Assembly (NCBI GenBank): GCA_017991415.1
Contig: JAGOQR010000001.1
Coordinates: forward strand, 405,992 to 469,991
DNA length: 64,000 nucleotides
From: Candidatus Magasanikiibacteriota bacterium
Lineage (GTDB): Bacteria; Patescibacteriota; Patescibacteriia; Magasanikbacterales; GWA2-37-8
Reading direction: 5' to 3'
Part shown: positions 17,983-31,401 of the stretch, one piece after another
Layout of the letters: each line of letters begins with the position of its first letter
Numbering within the stretch: position 1 is the stretch's first letter
Notes under the pieces: model-generated
What the model saw: the letters and a program-made list of their open reading frames with translations, nothing else
What the model was told of the DNA's origin: nothing
Database searches by the model: none
Program-made: the position numbers and the translations under genes

Positions 17983-19227
17983 TTATTTTTTATATGTTTG
18001 GCTGGGCCAAATTACCTCAACTGAGCCAAAAATACCATCATACCCTGGGGTAATTTTTACATTACCGACGCGCATATTAGCAATCGCTTTTGATATATTT
18101 TTATCACTTACATTTTTTTCTATCTCTTCTACTTTTGCATAGAGTAAAATAAAAAATTCACTCCCTAAATTTTTTATCATTGATTCGTACTCTCTCGAAA
18201 CTTTTTTACTAGCTACCCCAACACCAAAAACCTTGGCAATTACTTCTTTGAGCGGAACAATATACACATGAGGAATAAATTTTCCAGTTGGAATATTTTT
18301 TTCTTCCCGATCAGCTAAATCTTCTACACGATGCAGCACGCCTACCGTTACTGGCTTCTTGCATGTTGGGCATAAAAACTTTTTCCTCTTTGTTTCTTGA
18401 GGAGACAAAGACACCTTGCATATCGCATGACCATCAAAATGATACTTACCTTCTTCGGGGTAAAATTCTATAGTAGATACAATTTTTTTTCTATCTCCCG
18501 ATTTAATAGCATCTATAATCTCGGTATACGTATACGCATCACTTAGGCGCAGCACATTAGCTTCTCTTCCTAAATTATTAAGGCTGTGAGCATCCGAGTT
18601 GGAAACAAGGGTAATGTTGTCCAAAGCACTTAGCCGATGATTCATCGTCGGATCGCTCGATAATCCAGTTTCAACTGCTTTAATGTGCGGAGTTAATTCT
18701 TCAAAACATTCTTCCAGAGAATCATACCCAGATTTTGAACCAAAGACAGCAAACCATGGCGTCCAAATATGGGCTGGGATTAGCATAAATCCAGGGTCAA
18801 TATCAAGAATAATTTGCAAAATAGTTTTGGCCGAGAGACCAATAATAGGCCGACCGTCGGAACGAATATTTACCCCTTTCTCTTCTAGAATAGCATTAAA
18901 CTTTTCTACTACCGCTATACTCGGAGCAAGGATAAGTAGATGCACCCGACGAGTTACATCTTTATGTTTGTAGATACAAGAAATTTCCGTACCTAAAATA
19001 AATCTGGTAACACTTGTACTGTCTTTGAGCTTATAAACACCCTGATTTTCTTCTACCAAATTTTCTTTAATATGTTTTATCCAAGCAGGATGGGTAAAAT
19101 CTCCAGTTACGACAATATCTATGCCTTTTTTCTCACAAGCTAAGGCGATATTTGGTAAATTCAAACTTGCAGAGCAAGCCCGAGAATAGCGAGAATGGAT
19201 ATGCAAATCAACAATTTTTTCAGGCAT
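17983..19227 (-). CDS. PHP-domain nuclease, endonuclease Q (EndoQ/TIGR00375)-like, with C-terminal zinc ribbon
   Basis: N-terminal PHP motif VDLHIHSRYSRACS, ~415 aa, CPTCKKPVTVGVLHRVEDLA Zn-finger; start set at the verified ATG (MPEKIVDLHIHS). Confidence 0.6.
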   Translation of the reverse strand: MPEKIVDLHIHSRYSRACSASLNLPNIALACEKKGIDIVVTGDFTHPAWIKHIKENLVEENQGVYKLKDSTSVTRFILGTEISCIYKHKDVTRRVHLLILAPSIAVVEKFNAILEEKGVNIRSDGRPIIGLSAKTILQIILDIDPGFMLIPAHIWTPWFAVFGSKSGYDSLEECFEELTPHIKAVETGLSSDPTMNHRLSALDNITLVSNSDAHSLNNLGREANVLRLSDAYTYTEIIDAIKSGDRKKIVSTIEFYPEEGKYHFDGHAICKVSLSPQETKRKKFLCPTCKKPVTVGVLHRVEDLADREEKNIPTGKFIPHVYIVPLKEVIAKVFGVGVASKKVSREYESMIKNLGSEFFILLYAKVEEIEKNVSDKNISKAIANMRVGNVKITPGYDGIFGSVEVIWPSQTYKK

Positions 19228-19888
19228 AATACTGTGTCCATTGGGGCGGAATAGCAACCTCTACCACTTTTCGCCCTTCTCCTGTAGCTAAGTCAAAGCT
19301 AAGAGAAGTTGCCGCCAAAGTAATAGCATGATCTGGCAAAATCTCTGGAGCGCCATATTTAATATCTCCAACCAAAGGGCACCCAACAAAAGAAAGCTGA
19401 GCACGAATTTGATGAGACCTGCCAGTACCAAGTATTATTTTAAGTAAAGAATATTTTTTATTTGATTTTACTACCTCATACGATAGCTGTGCTTCCTGGG
19501 CATCACCTATTTTTTGATTATACACCGTAGTTCGATTTGTATTTTCATCTTTTTTTAACCAGTGCACGAGCGTCTCTTTATTTTTTACAGGTTTACCTAA
19601 TACTACCGCATGATATATTTTTTCTACGGTATGCTGACGAAATTGTTCGGACAACCTGCTTGCACCTTTGCTTGTCTTGGCAAACAGCACCACCCCTTCA
19701 ACATTTCTGTCTAATCTGTGTACCAGTCCTAAAAAAACATTGCCAGGCTTTTTGTACGTATCTTTTAAATATTTTTTTACATCGTCCATTAGACTTGAGT
19801 CACCACTTTTATCCCCCTGCACCAAAACTCCAAGTGGTTTATAGACCGCAATCAGGTGATTATCTTCATACAAAACTTGAACTTCCAT
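19220..19888 (-). CDS. RluA-family 23S rRNA/tRNA pseudouridine synthase
   Basis: Catalytic motif GLVHRLDRNVEGVVLFAKT with a conserved Asp, 222 aa. Confidence 0.85.
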   Translation of the reverse strand: MEVQVLYEDNHLIAVYKPLGVLVQGDKSGDSSLMDDVKKYLKDTYKKPGNVFLGLVHRLDRNVEGVVLFAKTSKGASRLSEQFRQHTVEKIYHAVVLGKPVKNKETLVHWLKKDENTNRTTVYNQKIGDAQEAQLSYEVVKSNKKYSLLKIILGTGRSHQIRAQLSFVGCPLVGDIKYGAPEILPDHAITLAATSLSFDLATGEGRKVVEVAIPPQWTQYYA

Positions 19889-19905
19889 ATCAATTTTTCA
19901 ATTAA

Positions 19906-20787
19906 CTAAACAGAACTCCATCGCGCAAAGATACCAGCTGGTAATAATCGCTCACTATTTTTTTCTGCAATAGTAAGCTCACCGATCTCAATTTGACCAC
20001 CAAAACTCTTCATTAGATCTCCTAAGCTGTTTTGATATGCGACCGCTGAATAACCAGAGGCATAACCATTAATAATAAAAAATAGAGGCTCTTCACTTAA
20101 AATTTGTTTACATGATTCTAAGAGCGGTAATAAATCTTCTTCAATTTTCCATACTTCACCTTCGGCACCATGCCCAAAAGCAGGCGGATCCATAATAATA
20201 CCATCGTATTTTTTGCCTCGCTTAATTTCTCGAGCCACAAATTTTTGCGCATCGTCCAAAATCCAACGAACTGGTTTTTCTGCCAAACCAGATAAAGCAG
20301 CATTATCACGCGCCCAGCCAATAGCACTTTTGGAACCATCAACATGAACCACTTCTGCACCAGCCTGAGCGGCGGCCAAACTAGCGCCGCCAGTATAACC
20401 AAAAAGATTTAAAACTTTAACTGGTTCCATTCTTTTTTCTTTACCAATTTTTTCTCTAATCCAATTCCAATTTCCAACTTGTTCAGGAAAAATACCTGTA
20501 TGCTTAAATGCCGACAGCTTAATCCAAAATTTAAGGCCCGCCAATTCTACTGGCCAGCGTTCGGGTAAATCGCGTCGCAAACTCCAATTAGCGTCAAAGC
20601 TTGCCCGTTTAAAATAGGCATCTGCTTCTTCCCATTCTGATTCGGATAAATTTTTATTCCATAAGGATTGTGGATCTGGTCGGGCTACCACCACCTCACC
20701 ATAACGCTCTAATTTTTCTCCTTCACCACTATCAAGGAGTTCGTAGCCTTCCCCAACTAGTGTTGTTAAAATTTTATATTCCGACAT
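19906..20787 (-). CDS. class I SAM-dependent (rRNA) methyltransferase, RlmI/YccW-like
   Basis: SAM-binding region LNLFGYTGGASLAAAQAGA...VVHVDGSK and the DPPAFG motif. Confidence 0.7.
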   Translation of the reverse strand: MSEYKILTTLVGEGYELLDSGEGEKLERYGEVVVARPDPQSLWNKNLSESEWEEADAYFKRASFDANWSLRRDLPERWPVELAGLKFWIKLSAFKHTGIFPEQVGNWNWIREKIGKEKRMEPVKVLNLFGYTGGASLAAAQAGAEVVHVDGSKSAIGWARDNAALSGLAEKPVRWILDDAQKFVAREIKRGKKYDGIIMDPPAFGHGAEGEVWKIEEDLLPLLESCKQILSEEPLFFIINGYASGYSAVAYQNSLGDLMKSFGGQIEIGELTIAEKNSERLLPAGIFARWSSV

Positions 20788-20796
20788 AATAATTGT

Positions 20797-21132
20797 TTAT
20801 ATTAAATCCATTCTAAATTCCACCCCATAATTTTTAAAGCCAAACTTTTCATACCAGACACATACAACCTCTCGATGATGCCTGGTAGTGGCAATCAACT
20901 TATAACATCCTATTTTTTTGGCTTCATCTATTGCAGCCTGTACCAGTGTAGTGCCAGTGCCTTTACCGCGCTGATTTTCATCAACAAATACATCCTCCAA
21001 CAAGCCATATGGCTCAACATGCAAATCATTATATATTATATAAAGCCATGCTCTGCCGCACTCTTGCCCGTTCTCCGAAGCAACAATCCTTACCGCATAG
21101 CCTTCTTTTTTAATTTCTTTGCTAATATTCAT
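20797..21132 (-). CDS. GNAT family N-acetyltransferase
   Basis: Acetyl-CoA-binding motif QRGKGTGTTLVQAAIDEAKKIG. Confidence 0.75.
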   Translation of the reverse strand: MNISKEIKKEGYAVRIVASENGQECGRAWLYIIYNDLHVEPYGLLEDVFVDENQRGKGTGTTLVQAAIDEAKKIGCYKLIATTRHHREVVCVWYEKFGFKNYGVEFRMDLI

Positions 21133-21135
21133 ACC

Positions 21136-22086
21136 TTATATAATTTGTGGGATAACCTTTGCTAATTTAATGGCGCTCACACCACCTTCGGGGGCCTCCA
21201 AATCAAACGTTTTTATTTTTTTATGCGTTAAATTTTCTTTATCAAAGGTAAAAACTCCCCATTTTTTTTGTTGATAAAATACTTTCTGCTGTGCATTTAA
21301 CGCATGCTTATTATACACTACCAAATCTATCGGACGAGGTAGATATTTTTCAAGCTGCCCTATCATTTCACTGACTTTTTCTGGTCCTGTTTCTCCATCC
21401 AAACGATAGGCATTACCCACAACAAAAACCAGTTTTGCTTTTGAGGTGCCAATACTTTTAGCAATACCAGCCGGAAGCAATGTGGCGATCAAACTAGTAT
21501 ACAGACTACCAGGGCTAAGCAAAATAACTTCTGCTTCTTTTATTACCTGAACTGCTTTCGCATACGCTTTACTTGTTGGTTCGAGCCATACTTTTTTTAT
21601 TTTCCATCCTCTATTATAGACTGGATTATCAATAAATTTTTCTGTTCTAATTATTTTGCCATTTTCTAACTCGGCAACTAAATCCGTATTTGCGAGCGTC
21701 ACCGGATATACCTTCCCTTGCGCCTCCACACTTTGAGAAAGAGCATCTAACGCATATAAAAAATTACCTGAGAACTGGCTAACCAGAGTTAGAAATAAAT
21801 TACCTAAATTATGACTATTTAATTTGCCGACATTTTTAAATCGAGGCTGATAAAAAATCTTTTTTAGCGACTGGTAATCATATTTTGAAAGAGACAATAT
21901 TGCTCGCATAATATCTCCTGGAGGCAGTGTATTAAATTCTTTACGCAATTTACCCGATGACCCTCCCGAATCACTCATGGAGATAACAGCCGCAATATCC
22001 AAACTATCTGCGTATTTCTTTAACGCTTCCAAACAAACCGCGGAACCATTACCACCACCGATAACTACTACCTTTTTTTTAGTCAT
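21136..22086 (-). CDS. YvcK/CofD-like (UPF0052, gluconeogenesis factor family) protein
   Basis: VVVIGGGNGSAV N-terminus, SDSGGSSGKLR and LPPGDIMRAI motifs; the track start is TTG, ATG at 22086. Confidence 0.8.
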   Translation of the reverse strand: MTKKKVVVIGGGNGSAVCLEALKKYADSLDIAAVISMSDSGGSSGKLRKEFNTLPPGDIMRAILSLSKYDYQSLKKIFYQPRFKNVGKLNSHNLGNLFLTLVSQFSGNFLYALDALSQSVEAQGKVYPVTLANTDLVAELENGKIIRTEKFIDNPVYNRGWKIKKVWLEPTSKAYAKAVQVIKEAEVILLSPGSLYTSLIATLLPAGIAKSIGTSKAKLVFVVGNAYRLDGETGPEKVSEMIGQLEKYLPRPIDLVVYNKHALNAQQKVFYQQKKWGVFTFDKENLTHKKIKTFDLEAPEGGVSAIKLAKVIPQII

Positions 22087-22087
22087 A

Positions 22088-23914
22088 TTACTCAACAGTT
22101 ACAGACTTGGCTAAATTTCTTGGTCTATCAACATCCCGGCCTAAAGCTAGGGCTGTATGATACGCAAAAAGCTGGAGAGGAATTGTGTTAAGCAAGGGTT
22201 CTAAAACTTCCATTGTAGGCGGAACGTACACCACATCTTGTGCGAGGTCGGCTGCCCCAACATCTCCTTCGGTAGCTATAAGAATTATTGGTGCTTTTCG
22301 CGCCTTAACCTCTTCGATATTGCTACGCATCTTATCGTACAGTTGATTTTTAGTCATTATAGCTAATACAGGAAAATTTGGTGATAACAGTGCAATAGGT
22401 CCATGTTTCATTTCTCCCCCCGGTATTGCTTCGCTATGTATATAACTAATCTCTTTTAATTTTAAGGACCCTTCCAAAGCAACTGGAAAGTTAATACCTC
22501 GACCCAAGAAAAAAAAGTCGCGAGAAGAAGAATACTTAATTGCCAAATCTTTTATTTTTTCATTTTGATCCAAAATCAATTTCATCTTTGCTGGAATTTC
22601 TGCCAAGGCAGTTAAAATTCTTTGACCAGTAGCGATACTAAGCTTGTTAAGACGACCAAACTGCAAAGCATACAATAACAAAACTGCCGTCATATTAGTA
22701 AAGGCTTTTGTAGAAGCAACTGCTAATTCTGGACCAGCGTGAATATAGGTACCGCCATCAGTTTCTCGGGCAATGGTTGAGCCAACTACATTTACAATAC
22801 CGCGCACATACGCGCCTTTTCTTTTCGCTTCTTTTAGGGCAGCTAGCGTATCTGCAGTTTCTCCAGATTGAGAAATACCAAAAACTAATGTTTGGCTATC
22901 TATAATAGGATCTCGATATCGAAACTCACTCGCGACATCTATCTCTACCGAAATACCTGCCAATCGTTCAAATAAATATTTACCAACAAGTGCTGCATAG
23001 GATGCTGTCCCACAGGCAATAAGAATAATTTTTTTTATGCCCCGCATCTCAACGTCTGTCATATTTAATCCACTAAGATGCGCTGCACCTTCTTCGATTT
23101 TATACCGACCACGGATTGCATCTTGCAGTACGGTAGGCTGATCAAAAATTTCTTTGATCATAAAATGAGGAAATCCTTGCTTCTGTGCGCTTTCTTCATT
23201 CCACTCTATTTGTTGAGTCTGTTTAATAATATGCTGATCTTTTAAATTTACGATATGTATACTATCACGCCTTATTTCGGCAACTTCTCCATCTTCTAGA
23301 AAGATAACTTTTTTAGTATACGCAAGCATTGGCGTAGCATCGCTGGCTACAAAATATTCGTTCTCTCCCAAACCAATAACGAGCGGACTACCCATTCGGG
23401 CTGATACTAAAACTTCTGGGTGGTCCACATGCATTACTACGAGACCATATGTTCCACGCACATAAGAGAGCGCTTCCAAAACAGCTTTACGCAAATCACC
23501 TGTATATTTTGTCTCGATAAGATGAGCCAAAACTTCCGAATCGGTTTCGGATTTGTAAATATGGTTTTTTCCTAAAGTTTCCTTGAGCTCTCGATAGTTT
23601 TCTATAATACCGTTGTGGGCCAGCACAATTTTGCCTGTACAATCGGCATGTGGATGCGCGTTATCTTCGGTAACGCTACCGTGCGTAGCCCATCTGGTAT
23701 GGGCAATACCGAAAGTACTATCAAAATTTGTACCCTGTAACTTATTTGATAAATTATCAATCTTACCAACTGCTTTGACACAACTCATACTCGCATCTTG
23801 GTTTATCAAAGAAATACCAGCGCTATCGTAGCCACGATACTCTAAACGACGCAGACCGTTTATTAAAATCGGTAACGCTTGTTTTGAGCCAATATACGCA
23901 ACGATACCACACAT
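22088..23914 (-). CDS. glmS: glutamine--fructose-6-phosphate aminotransferase
   Basis: MCGIVAYIG N-terminal nucleophile start (ATG verified at 23914) and two SIS domains; the track ORF carries a spurious 29-aa N-terminal extension. Confidence 0.9.
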   Translation of the reverse strand: MCGIVAYIGSKQALPILINGLRRLEYRGYDSAGISLINQDASMSCVKAVGKIDNLSNKLQGTNFDSTFGIAHTRWATHGSVTEDNAHPHADCTGKIVLAHNGIIENYRELKETLGKNHIYKSETDSEVLAHLIETKYTGDLRKAVLEALSYVRGTYGLVVMHVDHPEVLVSARMGSPLVIGLGENEYFVASDATPMLAYTKKVIFLEDGEVAEIRRDSIHIVNLKDQHIIKQTQQIEWNEESAQKQGFPHFMIKEIFDQPTVLQDAIRGRYKIEEGAAHLSGLNMTDVEMRGIKKIILIACGTASYAALVGKYLFERLAGISVEIDVASEFRYRDPIIDSQTLVFGISQSGETADTLAALKEAKRKGAYVRGIVNVVGSTIARETDGGTYIHAGPELAVASTKAFTNMTAVLLLYALQFGRLNKLSIATGQRILTALAEIPAKMKLILDQNEKIKDLAIKYSSSRDFFFLGRGINFPVALEGSLKLKEISYIHSEAIPGGEMKHGPIALLSPNFPVLAIMTKNQLYDKMRSNIEEVKARKAPIILIATEGDVGAADLAQDVVYVPPTMEVLEPLLNTIPLQLFAYHTALALGRDVDRPRNLAKSVTVE

Positions 23915-23921
23915 ACAATTA

Positions 23922-24710
23922 TTATATAGCTTGAGCAATATCAAGATGCTCTTTGGTATTAATACCAACTGCTTCTTTCGGGTCAATTTGCACGGTACCA
24001 ATTTTCACACCCTGCGCACGACCAATTTTAATTAGATCAACGAGATAAAATTCTTTTTGAGCATTTTCATTTTTAACAGCTTTTAAATTGCGCCACAACC
24101 AATCTGCATCAAAGCAAAAATAAGAAGTGTTCACTTCTGTAATTGCCAGCTGCTGCGGCGTGGCATCTTTTTTTTCTACAATACTTAAAATATTACCTTC
24201 TTCATCTCGCTCTATCCTGCCAAAATCTGCAAACTGAGCTTTCCAACCATCAAAATCTGGCACAGTTACGGTCATCAGTGTTATTGCACTTTTTTCTCTA
24301 CGGTATGTCTCTACTAAATATTGGAGGGAAGCTGGTTTAATAAAAGGCATATCACCGTATAAAACTACGACACATTCTGCCTTGTCTTTTAGGACTGGTT
24401 CGGCACAGCCCACGGCATGAGCGGTTCCAAGCTGTTCGTTTTGTACTACATAGGTAGCCCTCTCTTGCAGGTAATCCTGGACCAAACTGTGGCTTGGATT
24501 AACAATAACAACTGGCTTAACGCCAAAACTAGCACCCTCTACACTGCGTACTACATGCGCTACCAAAGGCTCCTCCCGTAAGAGATTCATTACTTTTGGA
24601 ACACTACTTTTCATGCGTTTGCCATCACCGGCAGCTAAGATGACAACGCCTACCTGAGCATTATCAGAAGCCGCACTAAGATAAGTATTATTTACATTGC
24701 TGTTCAACAT
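23922..24710 (-). CDS. sugar-phosphate nucleotidyltransferase, GlmU N-terminal-domain-like (no LbH acetyltransferase domain)
   Basis: VVILAAGDGKRMKSSVPKV motif; 262 aa only, immediately upstream of glmS. Confidence 0.65.
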   Translation of the reverse strand: MLNSNVNNTYLSAASDNAQVGVVILAAGDGKRMKSSVPKVMNLLREEPLVAHVVRSVEGASFGVKPVVIVNPSHSLVQDYLQERATYVVQNEQLGTAHAVGCAEPVLKDKAECVVVLYGDMPFIKPASLQYLVETYRREKSAITLMTVTVPDFDGWKAQFADFGRIERDEEGNILSIVEKKDATPQQLAITEVNTSYFCFDADWLWRNLKAVKNENAQKEFYLVDLIKIGRAQGVKIGTVQIDPKEAVGINTKEHLDIAQAI

Positions 24711-25326
24711 ACTGTTTAATTTGAGTTAAGGTTGAAAAATAAGGCACATCAATTTTTTTCGCATCATCTTCACTATAACGCGCTGCGTTAAGCCTGGTTA
24801 TTACTGTAACTAGTGGAGCTGCTGTTTTAACCATTAAGTTTTCTCGAAGATTGTCATTTACAAAAAAAATCTTGTTTTGCTCTCCATATTTAATTACTTG
24901 TTTCTCTTTTTCGCCTTCTACAATCTTTATATCATCAAAATACGAAACAATGGTGCTATTTTTAATTTTACTCATCTGAAAATTTAGATCGCCAGCAGAT
25001 AGTAAAATAACATGGCTCGAAACTGTTTTTAAAAAGTTTAAAAACAATATTGCGTCTGTAAAAAGATAATCTTTTAAAAATAAGGTATTTAACTCTGACT
25101 CTGTAGAATCAGGAATAGCATAACCAAGATCACGTAAAAACTGTATATGCTCGGTAAAGCTATAATCGTATTTATAGGGAGAAAATGTGCATAATGACTT
25201 TTTAAAAGTTGTTCGCACATCTTCGGCTGAAACATTATGTTGAGCAAATACCGAAAAAATATCTGCCTCAAACGCCATGGTGTCATATATAGTATTGTCC
25301 CAGTCTACAAAAGAATATTCAAACAT
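24688..25326 (-). CDS. HAD-superfamily hydrolase (putative)
   Basis: N-terminal DxDxT motif (VDWDNTIYDT), 212 aa. Confidence 0.45.
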   Translation of the reverse strand: MFEYSFVDWDNTIYDTMAFEADIFSVFAQHNVSAEDVRTTFKKSLCTFSPYKYDYSFTEHIQFLRDLGYAIPDSTESELNTLFLKDYLFTDAILFLNFLKTVSSHVILLSAGDLNFQMSKIKNSTIVSYFDDIKIVEGEKEKQVIKYGEQNKIFFVNDNLRENLMVKTAAPLVTVITRLNAARYSEDDAKKIDVPYFSTLTQIKQYVEQQCK

Positions 25327-25330
25327 ACCG

Positions 25331-26338
<1,008 letters not shown>

Positions 26339-26420
26339 TCAATCTTAATTATACTTAAGATTAACATACAAAAAAATGAGCGTCAAACCTAAATTTCACG
26401 AAATTAAAAAAAGACCATTG

Positions 26421-26527
<107 letters not shown>

Positions 26528-26624
26528 AAAATGGTCTTTTTATTTTAGAAAATTCATTGATCCAACAATAACAGGGTCTCTATAGAAATCAGACGAAGGA
26601 TTTCTATAGTCAAAGCACATCTTA

Positions 26625-29880
<3,256 letters not shown>

Positions 29881-30404
29881 GTGCTTCTCCATATGCGGAC
29901 TTCCTATTAAGAATCCGCGGGATTCATCGCGTTTGTGTAGTTTGTTACCCAACTAGCGAACCGTAGCCCTACTAGATTGGGTACCTCAACTTATATTGAG
30001 GCCTACATACCCTATTATTGTTGAATTGACCAATGAATTGTCAACGTACACGTGGTTCATCCGATACTACCATTTCAACCCAAGTGAAAAATTTATTTTA
30101 AATTTCTCGCTTCGTTTGAAATGCTTTTTAAAACACAACGACCGCCTTCAAGCGGTCTCTCAATGTGAGATATATCCACCTGGCCTAGCTGAGTAAAATT
30201 TTAGTCTTGTTTATCATGGTTAGGATAATCCCGATTAAACGGGGAAAAACTTAGATTTACCCAGAGGTCCATAGTGGACGTGGCTCTCGAATGAATCGAG
30301 ACTTGTTTATGTACAGACGATTATAGCTAAAACGAAAACTTCTGTCAACCCCTTATTACCTGCTCTTTATTAACAATCTGTGGATAAATAATCTTACCTT
30401 GTAT

Positions 30405-30722
30405 TTACCCCTCCAAAATGACCAAACATCTACCCCCAGCACTCTCTAAAACTGCTTCTTTCCAGGCTTTTACCAACCTATTATTTTGATTTTTTTCTTG
30501 CATATTCTTGTCCAAAAACTCCTGTACTTTTTCCCTTAAAATTCCTATACCACCTCTACCATAAATAATCTGAACTTTAAAATTACCATTATTAATTTGT
30601 TTTAATAAAAAATTAGAAACTTTATTTTCTATTTCCTCTGGCCTAACTTGATGCACATCAAGACTAACTAAATACTTATCGTATTCTAAAGTAATGAACA
30701 CCGTGTCAAGTGATGTTTCCAT
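30405..30722 (-). CDS. Smr-domain protein (putative)
   Basis: LDVHQVRPEE...VQIIYGRGGIGILREKVQEFL...GGRCLVIL resembles the Smr LDLHG...HGKG...L...GG signature; ATG at 30722. Confidence 0.45.
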   Translation of the reverse strand: METSLDTVFITLEYDKYLVSLDVHQVRPEEIENKVSNFLLKQINNGNFKVQIIYGRGGIGILREKVQEFLDKNMQEKNQNNRLVKAWKEAVLESAGGRCLVILEG

Positions 30723-30729
30723 AAACAAT

Positions 30730-31242
30730 TTAAGACTCTTCTAAGCCCCAAACCAACGGCTTCATTTCCCCATTAATAATTTTAAGCATGATTTCTATCT
30801 GCTCACTGAACATCCTATGTTCATTACCGTTTAACGTGCGCACCTTATCATCTAAGAAATCATACCTAATATCATTAAAATCTTTCACATAAAAACTACC
30901 AGCATTAAATTCTATCCAATACTCCTTATTTTTTAAAACAACATTTTTAATTCCAAAGTTAGTTCGTGCCTTCTTAATTTCAATACCTATTTTATCTAAA
31001 TTATGTCCCAAACCTCTTAGCTTTTGATCTAAAATATTTAAACTTTCAAAATCAGTATTTATTATATAAATTGCCTTTAAGAATAATTCTGTATAAAAAG
31101 AAAGTAAAATATAAATATTTCTAATCCATAGAATATCCGGTGTTTCATGCCTTGCTAAATAATCGCTTTTAATAAAATAAAGGCCTGTCGAAGCCCTCAT
31201 CCAAAGTCGTTGTAAAATCTTCTTTTTTTCACTGTCCGTCAT
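30730..31242 (-). CDS. hypothetical protein (170 aa)
   Basis: The track ORF extends to 31338 only by reading through the tRNA-Leu gene; the verified ATG (MTDSEKKK) is at 31242. Confidence 0.5.
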   Translation of the reverse strand: MTDSEKKKILQRLWMRASTGLYFIKSDYLARHETPDILWIRNIYILLSFYTELFLKAIYIINTDFESLNILDQKLRGLGHNLDKIGIEIKKARTNFGIKNVVLKNKEYWIEFNAGSFYVKDFNDIRYDFLDDKVRTLNGNEHRMFSEQIEIMLKIINGEMKPLVWGLEES

Positions 31243-31245
31243 ATG

Positions 31246-31329
31246 TGCCGCGGGAGAGACTCGAACTCTCATTCCCTTGCGAGAACCAGCTCCTAAGGCT
31301 GGCGTGTCTACCAATTTCACCACCGCGGC
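31246..31329 (-). tRNA. tRNA-Leu (anticodon UAG), long variable arm
   Basis: GCCGCGG acceptor, D-loop AAATTGGTAGA, anticodon loop CUUAGGA, long variable arm, T-loop TTCGAGT. Confidence 0.85.
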
Positions 31330-31401
31330 AATGGGCATATTTAACCACGTAATAAATAAAAAAACAACCCCTTGGACAGGAGTTGTTTTTTTATTTTATT
31401 T

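Noticed and set aside
17951-18142. 63-aa plus-strand ORF after the K-rich sORF
   Set aside because: Antisense to the 3' end of the EndoQ-like gene, with a hydrophobic low-complexity translation
23915-24001. 29-aa N-terminal extension of glmS in the track ORF
   Set aside because: GlmS must begin with the Cys nucleophile right after Met (MCGIVAY), and an ATG is present at 23914
29890-30400. Search for 16S rRNA, spacer tRNA or RNase P RNA in the 23S upstream leader
   Set aside because: No 16S 3'-end/anti-SD motif, no cloverleaf and no RNase P P4 consensus were found; the region is treated as an untranslated rRNA leader with an uncertain promoter
31243-31338. N-terminal 32 aa of track ORF 30730..31338
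   Set aside because: This part is a translation of the tRNA-Leu(UAG) gene; the real start is the ATG at 31242
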